64,000 nt of DNA from Eledone cirrhosa (GCA_964016885.1 OZ024740.1:393824001-393888000), one strand, 5' to 3'. Numbered from the stretch's first letter, positions 43,061 through 57,759 are shown. Notes: generated from the letters alone by a model not told the origin. Translations and numbers: made by a program.

Positions 43061-43575
43061 TATATGTATGTATTTGTCTACTTACATAACTACACGCACA
43101 ACAACAGCATCAATTACAATTTGTGCTACTACCATACTACCATATTGGAAATTAGCAATCTCTCTGAACACTACCAGAAAGACCATAATTCATACGTAAC
43201 TGCGGTACTAGAATTTATTTCATTTATTTAGTTACTTTTATATCAGTTGTAAGTCGTTGTCTCAATTTTGGCATTTTTATGAAGTTTTTAGATTTCTCTT
43301 GGTAACCAAGTTCAATAATTGCCTGGTTATTAATTATCAAAATATGTTTGTTATGTCTTTCTCTCTACTTAAGAAAAGTTCAGCTAATAAATCTAATATT
43401 ACTAATATCGTAGAGCTCTATCATGATTGTATGACTGTACTCTTTTCTAACCAAATAACCAATCACCACGGGCGGGCGACGGCAATAAATATCTACCAAG
43501 TGTCAGACATAAAATGAGTGCGTATATTTATGTATGGGTATGTGCGTGTCTACGTGTGGTTCTCCGTTCGTATAT

Positions 43576-43663
<88 letters not shown>

Positions 43664-44786
43664 ATGTATATATATATAGATGTTTCTCTCCATGTGTTTA
43701 TGGGCGTGTGTTTTGTGTGTGAGTGTGTCTCAGTGTTTTTTTGTATATCAGTTTCTATAGAGTAACAACAGAAAGTAAAGATAAACGTACAATGGGTATA
43801 TATCTATGTAATTATATGTGTGTTAAGAAGCACATACCGAGCGATATAATAACCATCACTCACATACATGTAAATGTATATACATCTACATATATATATA
43901 TACGTATATACATAACAAAATGTATATTCGTATCTGAGATCTATATCCAGAGATTCTATATCAGGCTTATCATCTGTAGCACATTTGTGGGCTTTAGCCG
44001 TTTTAGGGTGTTGGATTCACGATCAGAAGTTCATAGGGTGGATTTGGGGGCCAGACAGAGCATTGTGTTCTTGAGCAGAATTCTTGATTTTAAGTTGCTC
44101 TTTTGCTCGGAGTTACGATCAACAGACAATGTGAGTGAAGCAATGGAAAACCCAATGGAAAAACATTATTTCTTAGGTCTAATTTGACCATCGACTCATT
44201 TGAGCGGTTCCTTAATTAATATACATATATATATATTATAATAAACTAACAGGAGGCTGGACTTGTGTAAATCCTTGAAAGGTTTATTATACTATGATCA
44301 TTTCAATATTTAACTTCGTACTCGCACCACCAACTACACAAACGAAGACGGTTGAGCTGCTTTACGTTGAGTACTCTCCATATTATTACATCAAGATTGA
44401 CCATACGGAATGACCAGCTCTATCCAGTGGTGAACCTTCAAACCTAAATAAATATATATATATATGTGTGTGTGTGTATGTCAGATGGTAGCTAAGATGC
44501 TTCCATAGGCGGTATGCCGGTTGAGCACTCTATGCTCTTACAGAGCAGAGTATGATGTAATATAAAACGAAAAATCAGTGATGCATCAGAACTCAATTTA
44601 TTGTGTGTTACAATTGTTTCGCCGGCGGACAGCTCGAGACGCGATCATTGTGTGGATCTGTCTGATTCTGGACACGCAGGTTCGACGGACACGTCTAATG
44701 ATTTCGGAGCATATTCTCTCACTGGAGTATCTGACCCAATGGGCCAGTACAAAAAAACTTCATCCTCTTCCTATATATATATATAT

Positions 44787-45330
44787 GGTAGATTTCTTAA
44801 AGTCGTTTGGAAACCTCGACAATGCAGATGGGTAAATCTCCAGGTAACAGGATCCGGTGGTAGAGAGAGAGATGTAAGTGGGTGTACGTTGAGATGCGTG
44901 GCGTGTATAAGACGTGTAGAGGAATGAAAGATAGAGCGTAAAGAATAAAAATAAAAATAACAACACGAGAGAGAGTTACCTTGGGAGAGATTTAATTGTC
45001 CCTATATATTTCGCATTCACATCCATCAACTGGGGGTATTTTCCGGGGTGGGAGAAAGGTTGTCTGTCGGAAATGTGCGAAACGTGTCCTCCGCTGTTCG
45101 TTGTTTTGATATTCAAAACAACGAACAGCGGAGGACACGTTTCGCAAATTTCCGACAGACAACCTTATACACGCCACGCATCTCAACGTACACCCACTGA
45201 CATCTCTCTCTCTACCACCGGATCCTGTTACCCGGAGATTTACCCATCTGCATTGTCGAGGCTTCCAAACGACTTAAAGAAATTTACCTTATTATTCCAC
45301 AATGCTTCAAGCAAACTTCAATACTCTCTT
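44787..45330 (+). mobile_element. fold-back Penelope-like fragment between (TA)n tracts
   Basis: Outer IR 44787-44910/45165-45289; inner 54-bp hairpin 45056-45109/45113-45166; homologous to 9324-9900. Confidence 0.65.
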
Positions 45331-45379
45331 ATATATATATAATAGTAATGAGTATAATCGAAGTTGCAGCTGCAAGTAC

Positions 45380-45435
<56 letters not shown>

Positions 45436-46440
45436 GATGGAGTCAGTTTGAAACTGGTTCGACTATTACTCAATAGAGTACTCGATACTTGGGATAGTAG
45501 AGTTTGGTTATATTATAATGAGTCTGGACCCGATGGCTGAACTCTTGCCGTTTCAACAGCTAGTTCATACTTTTTATTGCAGATAGAAATGATAAAGTAG
45601 CTATATAATTAAACACAGAAATGAAATGAATAATCGAATAAATATACGAGTAACTTATAAATATTAAGAAAAAAGATGATAGATAAATAAAAAAACTTCA
45701 TTATTTAGATTTGAACACACATCTGCAGTGTGTCAGATTATATACTTTCTTATCGTGAAGTTAAGTTTACTTTTTGCGTTCTAATTTAATATGCTTTCCT
45801 GTTCTGTTGTGCTGTTTACTGCATCTTCTCTAGCTTTACTTACCCGCCTTTCTTTAACTTCCTACTAATCTTTCTTTCTTAATGCTCTACTTATAAGCAC
45901 TCAGTGACCTTTAATATATTCATGGCCTGTTTGATCAGTAACTAACAATATGCATTTCTGTTATCTTTGCATTAAAAAAATCATTTTTTATGCATATTCT
46001 TAAGTACGAAGGTATGCACCTGCCTATGTATGTATGTATGTATGTATGTATGTATGTATGTATGTATGCATACAGGGCCGTTTTATGGCCAACTGATACT
46101 GTAACCACATCCCAACAACGTTTCGCTCTTGCCATTAATGTGTTAAGACATAAACACTTTATACGGAATACTATAAAATTCAGTTTTCTCCGATGCCTGG
46201 CATTTTAATTTACTTTAGCACTAAACAGCAGCAAGCAATACAAGCAAATTATTTAATAGAAAAACAAAAAATAATGCAAATTTTCAATATATTATTTATT
46301 AAAAGCAAGAAAGAGAGAAAAATGCTATAAAGAAAAATAGATATGCAAGATATTTTTAAACAAGATTCTCTTCACAGAAATGAACGTTGGTGTCAATTTT
46401 AATATCTAATGAAGAAATATCATTATTCATACGGGGCAAA

Positions 46441-46648
46441 ATGGCGGTGGATTAGCAGTATCAGTAGAGTATCGGACACCCTGCTTTGCAGCATAGAGTT
46501 ACAATCCTTTATGATCTGAGTTCAAATCCCGCCGAGGTTAACTTTGCCATTCATTGTCGATAAAATAAAGTACCAGTAATGCACTAGAGTCGATTTAATC
46601 GACTTTCCTCTGCCCCAAATTGCTGGCCTTGTGCCTATAATAGAAACC
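46441..46648 (+). mobile_element. tRNA-derived SINE with ~20-bp imperfect TSD
   Basis: CATTATTCATACGGGGCAAA at 46421-46440 versus CATTATTCATAAGGGGCGAA at 46648-46667. Confidence 0.88.
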
Positions 46649-46750
46649 ATTATTCATAAGGGGCGAAACATTGATGATACATAGTTTCATTATTCATTGA
46701 GAAAAATATATTTATACTTTAGTTATCTTACCTTTTTTATTGCAAATCTT

Positions 46751-47232
46751 TCAGACAGACCAACAACATCAGCAATATCGTTGATTGTCCTCTGACGATC
46801 CTCTTGCATAAGCTAATTAATTTTCTCCACATTTCCGGGGGTGACGCTCATGGCAGTTCTTCCAGATCGCTCGTCATCTACCAGGGATGTCCTTTCGCTT
46901 TTGAAGCGCCCGTGTTACTCGAAACATTGCGAACGACCCATTACCTCGTCGCCGTAAACTTGCTGTAAACTTACGCATGCACAATGTCTCTGTAGCACTT
47001 CACTTCCCAAGTTGAACGCAAAACTTCACGTAGGCTCTTTGTTTCAAGAGATACAGCATACATGTGATCACAAAAACACAAATTTCACAGCTTTAAAAGT
47101 GAACACAGCGATGTAATTCGGCAAACTAGCGCATGAAGGTCACTGCCAGCTCTCACTGCATGTACAACCACGTGTTGCTATCTGTTGGCGTACTACAGAA
47201 CTAGTCTGGAAACCTTTTGATACCACCTCGAA
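46751..47232 (-). mobile_element. mariner transposon 5' fragment (TIR plus degraded N-terminal HTH)
   Basis: TIR-like CGAGGTGGTATCAAAAGGTTTCCAGACT; minus-strand translation KQRAYVKFCVQLGK..VYGDEVMGRSQCFE*HGRFKSERTSLVDDERSGR. Confidence 0.8.
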
Positions 47233-47286
47233 TGTATGTATGTATGTATGTATGATTGCATGAATGCACGCATACAAATATGTAAG

Positions 47287-47320
<34 letters not shown>

Positions 47321-47460
47321 TGTATGTATGTATGTATGTATGTATGTATGTATGTATGTATGTATGTATGTATGATTGCATGAATGCACGCATACAAATA
47401 TGTAAGTATGTATGTATGTATGTATGTATGTATGTATGTATGTATGTATGTATGTATGTA
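47233..47460. repeat. (TATG)n with a duplicated interruption
   Basis: GATTGCATGAATGCACGCATACAAATATGTAAG occurs twice, 120 bp apart. Confidence 0.9.
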
Positions 47461-47468
47461 CCTATGTT

Positions 47469-48079
47469 ATGTCGTGTCACTCTTGAGTGCTACTGGTAAC
47501 ATGTAACCCAGTACGACCTGTCGCATGGTCGGGTCGTCAGCGACTAAACCGGCAACCCCACCAAGTTTACTTGCAGGACACCTTGCAGTACAAAAAACCA
47601 AACCTGAAAAAGGGCGGAAGAACTCATAAGAGTCAACGGCCATCCAAAAGTGTGTAAATATGTATATGCACATGTACATATGTATGTATATGTGTATATA
47701 CATGAGTGCATGTGTATGTATATGCGCGGGACATAGAAATAGTCGGGCTGGATACCCGATCGCGCGGTTAAACCACTGGGGGTGAAGGACCCCTAGCCTT
47801 TGTCAGGACATTCTTCTAGGAGAAGGCCACTCAGGAAACTGGGATAACTCCGATACAAAACCTGCAGCTCAGTAGTTACCGATGATGTTGATCTTTTCTT
47901 CTTTTCAGGTTATAGCTACTGTCGCTCAGAGAGTAGGATTGGCTCAGTGCACAGTCTTTCCTCACTTTAAAAAATATCTTCACGCACAGGCATTGCACGA
48001 TAGAATTAATTGATAATTACTAATAATAGTATATCATGCAATGGCCATACTCAATAACGAGGGGGCAGCCATCATCATG
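47469..48079 (+). mobile_element. bipartite non-autonomous RTE derivative (5'UTR-like head plus RTE 3' terminus)
   Basis: Head homologous to 32755-33158; tail 48038-48079 nearly identical to 37876-37913; (TATG)n on both sides. Confidence 0.65.
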
Positions 48080-48920
48080 TATGTATGTATATATACGTAA
48101 TGTATGTATGTATGTATGTATGTATGTATGTATGTATGTATGTATGTATGTATGTATGCATGATTGCATGTATGTATATAATTATATATGTATGCATACA
48201 GGTGTGTGTGTATGTATATACCTATGTATGTATATACCTATGTATGCATGTATGTATGTATGTATGTATGTATGTATGTATGTACGTATGTATGTATGTA
48301 TGTATGTACCTATGTGTGTATGTACGTATGCATGTATGTACGTATGTATATATATGTATGTATCTATGAATGTATCTGAAGCTCCGTCGTTAGCTCGCAA
48401 TGAGAGTCTTTGACATCAGAGACGCTATAAAATATTCCATATGAAACATTTCAATGACTGCTGTGAATACATTAGAGACTAGAACAATCTAATTTGCTTT
48501 GATGACTGCTAATTATTTTTTGTTGTTTTCATGTATAACTTCGATAATATTTAACGTTTAATGTCTTTCTTTTTATTTGTATTCAATTAATTTCTTCATA
48601 TTTGTATTTAATTAATTTCTACATATTTGTTATAAATCTGTTTTCTCATGTTTGCATTAAATCAAATTGCCCATTGTACTTCTGTATTATTTTTTATTTA
48701 TCAAAAGAAACCTGCCGTTTGAAGAATTCTCACTTTATCACAACCTGGTTGGCCAAAGCATTAACTCTATTATGTAATGTGGTTCATGATCTTTTAGATT
48801 TTCTATCTCTATAACTCTCGTTTTCTTTCATTCTCCCCACTGCTTTACAAATGTAACGTACATACCACGCACTTAATACAACTGGCTGTGTATTTTGCTC
48901 TATAACACAGTAAATATAAT

Positions 48921-49010
48921 TGTTTATACGTTTGGCACAAGGCCAGCAATTACCCAGTGTATTACTGGTACTTTATTTTATCGACCCCGTAAGGATGAAA
49001 GGCACAGTTA
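48921..49010 (-). mobile_element. 5'-truncated SINE with 18-bp TSD
   Basis: TAACACAGTAAATATAAT at 48903-48920 and 49009-49026. Confidence 0.85.
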
Positions 49011-49109
49011 ACACAGTAAATATAATGGCCCTCCGTCGGCTTCAGAGAAGAATGTTCAGAGAAGAATGTTCTAGTGTATATTTAACGTAATTCTAAGGAG
49101 GATTTAGTG

Positions 49110-49828
49110 TGACAAGCAGGAATGAAAATCAGTGCTGCGAGTACTGAGATGTTCGTCTTCTTAAGGAAGCCTGCGCAGTGCACACTACATGTGTGTGGAG
49201 TTCAAGTATCAAGTATCTGGGGGCGGTGTTTACGAGTGATGGAAGGTAGGAGGCCGAATTAAGTGCAAGAATTGCAGGAACTGGTACAGTAACGCGTCAG
49301 CTTTATCATTCGGTCACCAGAAAAAGTCAGGTAGGTGTGAAAGTCAAACTCGCTGTCTTCAATTCTGTATTCGTGCCTACCCTTACCTATGATCATGAAT
49401 CTTGGATAATGACTGAACGCATATGATCGAGAATAGAAACAGCCGAAATGGAGTTCCTCCGAAGGGTCTTTGGAGTAACATTACTTGATAGAGTAGGAGC
49501 TCAGAGATCAGAGAGTCGTTCCTGATAGAACCATTACTTCTCCGAGTTGAGAGATCACAACTCCGATATTATAGACACGTGGAAAGAATCGCTGGACATA
49601 TTATACGGGCAAAACCAACCAGTATTTCACCCAGAGGTAGACCCCGAGCATGATGGCTGGTTAACATCCACGAATTCCGCTGGTCTCGCTTGGGGATCAA
49701 TCTGGATCAATTGGAGTCAGTTGCTCTTGATATGACCCACTGGAAGGAGTGTTTCAGGACGCTTCCCTCACGACCCTCCCAGGATTAAGTGGGCAAAGAA
49801 GAAGAAGAAGAAGAAGAAGAAGAAGAAG
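49110..49828 (+). pseudogene. Rex3/Expander-like RTE 3' remnant ending in (GAA)n
   Basis: KYLGAVFTSDGR..SVFVPTLTYDHESWIMTER..AEMEFLRRVFGVTLLDRV, with stops. Confidence 0.75.
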
Positions 49829-50216
49829 GCTAGCCATTCGACAAGCTTCCAAACTCTTTTCTTTTCTCCAATTTCAGTCACAAAGTTTAATTCGGCTCAT
49901 GGCTATAGTAAGTGACACTTGTCCAAGATACCCAGGAATGGCGTTGAATCCGCGCTTTTATGATTGCGATACAAACTTTTTAATCATTCGAAACCGTTGC
50001 GCCCAAAATAAAGTAGATATAGTGAAAGTAAATGCAATTTCAATCTGCCTTTTCGAGCAATGTCTTTTCAGGGTGAGAATTGTGAGTGTGTCACATTAAT
50101 TAGATGAGAGTTGCCAGATCAATTTCACAAGAAGTAGTACAACATTTTCAAATGTAGCGGAAAGCATTACGAAGTAGCCCAAAGTTAAGTGTAAGTAAAT
50201 TAAGAGAATATCAGAT

Positions 50217-50473
50217 ATAATTGTTTCTATTTTTGGCACAAGGCCAGCAATTACCCAGTACATTACTGGTACTTTATTTTATCGACCCCGTATAATAATA
50301 CTCATAATCGACTGTTCCTGGTGCCAATATAATGGTTTTTGATTTAGGCACAAGTCCCAGATTTTGGGGACAGAAGTAAGTCGATTGGATAAACCTCAGT
50401 GAATTACTAGTGCTTTATGTTATCAACCCCGTAAGGCTGAAAGGCAAAGCTAACCTCGGTGGGATTTGAACTC
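50217..50473 (-). mobile_element. two truncated SINE copies
   Basis: Tail and core motifs at 50217-50291 and 50328-50473. Confidence 0.75.
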
Positions 50474-50720
50474 ACCTCGTACCAATATACTATATTTATG
50501 TAATGAATTCTAGTTTCAAATCAGTAAATCTTTTCTAAATCTCAGATATGTATTTTGGGCAGGTTAGATTGTAATTAAGTAGACCAAGTTATGGTTTCGA
50601 TTCTTTTTTTACACTGATCGGGCAGATCTATTAATGAATGTATTCAAGCCATGAACATTCCGTCGTTTTGCATATGGAAAGCTACATTGTTTAGTATGTT
50701 TTTGATTTTTCTTTTCAAGT

Positions 50721-52015
50721 CTGTAGACTCGGACTCAGAAGCTCCCGCGTCTTGCGACGCATGAGGCAATCATAGTGTTCCATCGCGTTCGGTCAGCAGC
50801 CAGTTGCACAGCGTCCCGCCATTGTCTGTTTGTCGCTCGCACGTCCCTCTCAACTGTCTGGCGCCAGTTCATTTTGGGTCGCATTCTCCGTCTGCTTCCC
50901 TGCGGTCTCTATTTAAGTACTTGGTTCGCCAGTCTCTCCAAACCAGCCCAGGCGTCGCTTGCAGATGGTAGAAGAGACTAGCTGCTGGTTGGTGCGGTTC
51001 CTGACTTCTTCGTTTGTTACATGGTCACTCCATTTAATCCCCAGGATCTTTCGCAGACATCTGGAATCGAATGCGTCCAACTTCTTCTCTTGGCTGGTCT
51101 TAAGGTGCCATGTTTCACTTCCGTACAAGAGTGTGGACAGCATGTTGCTGTTGTAGAATCTCTTCTTTGTTTTGAGGATGAACTTCTTGCTCTTCCAGAT
51201 CTTGTCAAGCTGGTTAAATGCTGCTGAAGCCTTTCCCATTCTAGATTGCAGTTCACTGTCCATGGTGCCCTCATTGTTAATGGAGCTTCCTTGGTAGGTG
51301 AGGTTGTCTACTATCTCCACCTCCCCCTGTTCAATGAAGACACTTGTTGGTGGTGGGTGTGTCCCAGATAACATGCTTTTGGTCTTCTTGGCACTGATAT
51401 TGAGACCTAAGCTTCCTGCTTCGACATTGATATTGTTCACAATGATTTGCAAGTGCAGCAATATCGTCCGCAAAGTCCAAGTCAGACAACTTTTGCTCTC
51501 CCACCCAAGATATACCCTGGTCTTTAGACGCTTTTCTTAGTACCCAGTCAATGGCTATGGCAAAGAGAATTGGAGAGAGCGAGCAACCTTGACGCACGCC
51601 AGTAACCACCTCAAACCAGTCACTGTAACCATCCTCTGTCCGTATGAAGCACTTGGAGTTTGCGTAAATCTGTTTGATTGCCCAAATGACTTTCTGGGGC
51701 AGACCATACTCATGCATGATGCTCCAGAGCGACGGTCGATGAATGCTATCGAATGCTTTGGAGAAATCGATGAAGCTGATGGCGAGGGGCCTCTGGAATT
51801 CGTTGTACTTCTCAATGATGCGGCGTAGCGTAAAGATCTGCTCTGCACAGGAACGTTTTGGTGGGAACCCTGCCTGTTGTTCTCGCAGTTCCCGGTCTAC
51901 CATGCAACGCATGCGGTTCAGGATCGCTAGACAATAGACCTTCCCTGGTATGGAGAGAAGTGTCACTTCCCTCCAATTGTCACAATCGGCAAGGTTGCCA
52001 TTCTTGGGGATACAG
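50721..52015 (-). pseudogene. 5'-truncated RTE-clade LINE of another family, frameshifted RT
   Basis: LLSIPGKV, IDFSKAFDS, GVRQGCSLSP, LDFADD, STLLYGSETW in ORFs 51331-51966 and 50913-51473. Confidence 0.9.
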
Positions 52016-52914
52016 ACAACCGCTCCGTTTCAGTGGTTGGGCTTCAGGTGAGCGACCTGTTCCCGGAAAAACTCTCCTGCTACGAAAGAAATTCATAGTG
52101 CATCAGATTCAAATTCCAAGACTGTAGGATGTAAGTTAAATGTGGCTGGGCTGCTATTTCTAGCACGTCGAGCAATTGCATAAAATATTTCCCTTGTTGC
52201 CTCTTGGGTCTTGTTTGTTGCTGTTGTTGTTGATAATCCTATTTTTTTTTTTACTCGAATAGAACCTTGATCAAAGGCGTTTTGGCCATGACCATCCATC
52301 TCATCATTTTCTATAGCCAAGACTATATTGTCGCACGTGTTTTAATTCTTTAAGGAATTCCTAATAATATCCCCTTATCCCTTCATTTTTATTTCTAGTT
52401 TTGGTTTTGTTTGAAATGGTTTATGGTTTATTTTCGTAGGAAAACAAAAAAATGATTACATGGGGCAAGGTTCAGGTAATTATGGAATATCTACTGTGGA
52501 AAAATGTTCTCTTTTTTTTTCATAACTGCAAATGATACGATGACATTTCAACAGTGAATGAGAAGAATGTGGAAATGGAACTTAAAGCAGCTGAACACTT
52601 CTGGAATTATTTCTGAAATAGATAACAATGTTATGAGAAACATATATCATTTTGGTGGGTGCCTGGAAAAAATGTTCACAGAGACAACTCGTGGAAAAAA
52701 TAAAACATTGGAAAGAAAAAGAAACTCATGAAAAATCAACACAAAACATTTTCTTGCATCATATATATATATTTAAAAAAAATGAAAAAATCTGTTTGAA
52801 TTCCTCCTCTTTCTCACTATTTCAATCTCATTATCTAAATGTCTGTCTGTATTTCAAGCTATCTGTCTATCTAACTATCCATCTATCTAGCTAGTTATCT
52901 ATCTATCTATCTAT

Positions 52915-55900
52915 CAAAAAATAAAAATTTCGAACATTGCACCAAATGTAAACGTCTGGTGGATTCTAACTGGCTTCATCGATTTCGACGAAGACACCAT
53001 CATTTCGGTGGGAAAGTCCTCCAGCGGCATATTCAATGGTACAAGCATGGAAGTTCTGGTCCAAATGAGGCCAGAACGGATAGCTAAAATACCCCAACGT
53101 ATGCCTCTGGATAGAATTTCACACATAAACATTTCTGTTGAGGGTAAGCCTTCATGTTATCACTGTTTAAGCAGTGGTCACCTAAAGGCTTACTGTCCTC
53201 AGTTAATTAAAAAAAAAAAGAGGCACTACTGCCAACACCCAAAACAACAACACAACCACCACCACCACTACCACCACAACAACAACAACAACATGCATAC
53301 ACAACCAAAACAAGAACAACAAACCAACCTGCAAGCACAGTCCCACCCAACCCCACTCCACCTAAAACCACTGCAAAAACACCCACAAACAGAACAGCTG
53401 CCCAAAACATACCCCTTCCAAATAACACAGACACCACAACGGACGAGGCCCTCACATCATCACCAAGTGATGATGAGGGAGAGCCTCTTCGTTCGAAAAG
53501 AAAGAAGAAAAGACACCACAAGAACAAAAAAACAACAAACATCACTACAAACATACAACCACCAACACAAACAACACAAACATTACAAACAAAAAACCCC
53601 ATCGCGAAAACAAAACCACGTCATCACTCCAAACACAAACACCTACAACAAAACGAAAGCTCCCACAAGAACAACAGACAAAAACCACCGCAACACAACA
53701 AGAACATTACACATACATAAAGAGTAAAAACAAAACTTTAATGGAGGTCATCTCCAACGACCCTTCGGTGAAAACCGAAGGGAAAACTTTGTCGAAATGT
53801 GTAGACAAACCTAATTTAAAGATGATTAGGGTTCCTACGGACATTATAAGTCTTTAAAGGAAAACTTTCCTAAGGACGTGGGTAATCCTTATGTTAAACC
53901 CATTAACCGCGTCCTTTTAAAAAATTCCCCCACCCTCACCCCAGACACCCCAACCCCAGACACTCAACCCCACCAAACATCTCCGTCCCCACCCCACCGG
54001 AAACCACCACCCACCTAGACAACCCCTCTAACACCCCCATGGAAACAGTGCGGCCTTGTCCTCGGGAGACGAAGAGGTGAGTGTTTTCTTCTCCTCTTTT
54101 AACTTTTCAGAACCAACATGGCCAATATAAGAGTTGGGTGTGTGAATGTACGCGGCCTGGGGATGCCCTGAAAACAGGGAAAACTCTTAAACGACCTCAG
54201 GTCGCACAGTATGGATGTAGTAGCCATTTGTGAGTCTAGGAGCCACAGCGAGCGACAGCTGGCCCCCATCTTCGATGACTTTGAGATCTACGCATCTCTC
54301 TGTCGGCCGGGGTGGGTGCGGGGTTGCCGTTTTGCTGCGGAAACACCTGGGCCTCGTAACACAGACGGTACATCTGTACCCGGAGGGTCGACTGGTGGTC
54401 CTAGACGTTGACGGTAGTGAAGGTGGTGCCTTCAGGCTGGTGGCCGCATATGCCCCATCTGGGACACCGCGGCCAGATTTCTTTAAACGTCTAGGGACTT
54501 TTCTGGGAACGTCCCGCTCCTTGCTTTTAGTGGGGGACTGGAATGGAATCCTAGATGCACGTTGGGACTATGGGGGAGCATATCCCGATAAAGGGGGGGG
54601 GGGGGGGAGGGTGTAACAGCCTCAAACAGTTAATCGGCCGATTTGACCTAGCCGATAAATATCGACTAGATTTTCTGACTGTGCCACTGTGGACGTGGAC
54701 TAGTCGTGGCGGAACATCTAGATCGTACCTAGATAGGGTTCTAGTTAGAAATAAGGATAGGGTCATGTTAAGCTGTCCACAAATGTTCATGGTTGCCTAT
54801 TCAGATCACAAACTAGTGACCTGCATAGTCAACCTTGATAGAACCCATAGACAAGGACCCGGCTACTGGAAGCTGAACTTGTCGTTACCGACATGCAAAG
54901 CCTACAGTAGACGGATTAGTTAAACAGCACTTGACTGGGGCCATTGTCAACAACAGATGGTGGTACTCTCTCAAGAGGGCAGTTAGAATAGACTCATTAG
55001 TTTTTAGTAAAGAATTAGCGTTAGATAGAAATAGAACCGAGAAAGAACTGGGAGATAAAGTAGAAGAGGCAATTAGAAGTGGCAACGTAGCCAGCGTGCT
55101 AGCAACGAGAACGGCCTTGGACCAGTTCTTAGACGCAAAGCATGAGGGCTGCGTTGTCAGAAGCAAAATACGTGCTCTGGGAAACGAGGGAGACAAAGCT
55201 GTTAGCTGGGCCCGAGTGACGGAGGCAAAAAGTGGCAACAAGTCCACGATTCGGTCTTTGAAGGACCAAAACGGACGCGTGAGACGTGAACCGAAGCAGA
55301 TGTGTGCGGCATTTCAGCGGCACTTTGCTCAACTGTTCGGACAGGGCGGCGCGCCGGGAGGGGCTATGGTTTTCGGTCCATACCTCGACGGCGTACCGCG
55401 ACTCTCGGACAGCGAGGCAAAGTTCTGCGAAAAGCCGATTTCAGCCGCTGAGATAGGGGACGCGCTGAGCCAATGCTGCAAACGCAAATCTCCAGGTATC
55501 GACGGTCTACCCTACGAAATTTACGTAGCAATGCCGGACTTATTCTCCGGTTTCCCGGAAGCGGTCTACTGCAACTGGCAACAGAACGGGAGAATTCCCA
55601 GTCCTGTGACCGGGGGCGTAGTCACACTAGTCAGGAAGGACGAGAATAAGGGGGATGACATAGGCAACTTCCGGCCCATAACTCTGCTAAACACAGAGTT
55701 ACAGATTTTGGCCAAGGTGTTTGCAAAGAGGCTGGCGCTTGTCGTCGAGAACCTGGTGGGAGTGGCGCAGACATGCGCAATCCCGATCAGGTCCATACAC
55801 GACAACCTCCACCTTATGCGATACATCATAGAGAGGGTAGGGTGCAAACCCGGCTTCGATGGGGCCCTGATCAACTTGGATCAGTCTAAGGCTTTCGATA

Positions 55901-57758
55901 GGGTTGACCATCATTACCTGGAAGCGGTGCACGAGGCGGCAGGCTTCGGACTCGTGTTCAGGGGCTGGATTGCTGCAATGCACAACAGCAACATCTACTC
56001 AAGGGTTAAGGTGAACGGCTACCTCTCGGAGCCGTTCCATATCACGCGATCCATTCGACAGGGATGCCCTCTCTCCTCCCTTCTGTACGTACTCACTCTC
56101 GAGCCACTACTGCGGAAGTTGGTGCTATTGCAGGGCATCCTTCTGGAACCGGGACTGCGGAAAACGGCGTCGGCCTACGCCGACGACGTGACGGTTATGG
56201 TGTCGAGCGCCTCGCAAATCGAGGAAGTCGGCACCTTACTGAGGGAATACGAAAGGTTCACAGGAGCGAAGCTGAACCGGGACAAGTCCATCGGTTTGCA
56301 ACTCGGATCGTGGAGAGGCAAACCGATGCCTTCCGATAGCGTCGTAGGACGCTGGACGGAAGGACCAGTAAAGCTGCTCGGGGTCTGGTTTGGTCCGGAC
56401 CTCCAGGTGGAGAAGAACTGGAACGAGGTGTCGGCCAGGGTGTTTGCACTCACCCAGAAGTGGGCCGAGTGCAAAATATCCTTGAAAGGTCGAGCGGAGG
56501 TGGCGAACACTTTTATAGCGTCCACCATCTACTACCGCTTGACCGTCGTGCCAAAACGCTCGCCAAAATGAATCGCGCGCTCTTCCAATTCCTTTGGAAG
56601 AGGCGGGCTCCTTTGGTGAGAAGATCCATCTGCTTCCAACACCCTCCCAACGGAGGGGTGGGGATGCCGTGGCTGACGATGCGCAAACACGCGCTCAGGC
56701 TGCGGCATCTCTACGTTCCTTACCGGACAACCGGTGTGGGCCCCGTTCGTGAGGCGAGCCTTCCCACGACTCATCTCGCTGACCGAGCTGCAGTCCTGGG
56801 TCAAGCAAAGACCGAGGAAAATGGGCGACTGGCACATCGAATGTGCTCAGGCGCTCACAGCCCTCTGGCAGGCGGACCTGGCGATCAGTGGAGACTCCAC
56901 TTCGTCATTCTATAGAGGGTTGATCCGCAGCAAGTGCGACGACTGCTCGGTGAAACCCTGGGCGTAGAGGAAGACGAACTGGCCAGACTGTTCGGTAGGA
57001 CCTTCGGCCCGGGACCGATGGACAACTTCCAAAAGTCCCTGGCCTGGCAGTGCTACCGAGGTGCTCTACCAGTTCGAGACAAGCTCTACAGACATGGGCG
57101 CTCGGGCAGGGACCCTGTAAAAAAGAAATCGTTGCGCACGCCTTCATACACTGCCCGGGCGCCACCGACCTGTGGGGCTATGTAGAACGACTATTGTCGC
57201 GGGTGGGACCAATCCGGTTCACTACCGAGACCATTGTGATGATCAAACCGCCACCCTCCTTCAAAAACGAAGGAGAGGCGGTTTTCCTTTGTGTGATAGC
57301 TATGGCGAAAGAGGTTGTATGGTGGACAAGGTTGAAAGAGCTGAGGTCAGACACCTTTCTCTCCGGCCAACAACTGATTCTTTTTTTCAAATAGCACTTT
57401 GGAAGAAGAATCAGGATGGAGAGGGAGGTGCTGTACCCCAGCAAGTTTTATGAAAGGTGGGTGAAAGTGGCGAGAATGGCCCGAGTGAATGGGCCTTCTC
57501 TCTATATCAGCCTGTAGGTTGAGGAAAAAGAGGAGGAGTGGAAAGGAGTACAAACTCTTCGTACTCCTGGAGATGAGGGTTGCACATTTTTTTTTCGGGA
57601 GTATGTGTTACCCATATGTAATGTCTCCCCCTATTGGGGAAAATCGACTAATTTTTAAATTGCATTTGTGATAATATTTTACACGTTTTTATTGTATGTA
57701 AACTTCACCCTTTGTATTTGACCCCTTCTTTTGTGCCCCTGTGGCTAATAAAGAAACA

Positions 57759-57759
<1 letters not shown>
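52915..57759 (+). mobile_element. Tx1 family B copy, truncated in ORF1 and frameshifted, in (TATC)n
   Basis: CYHCLSSGHLKAYC knuckle, APE and RT fragments (54931-56571 with YADD), AATAAAGAAACAT then (ATCT)n. Confidence 0.93.
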
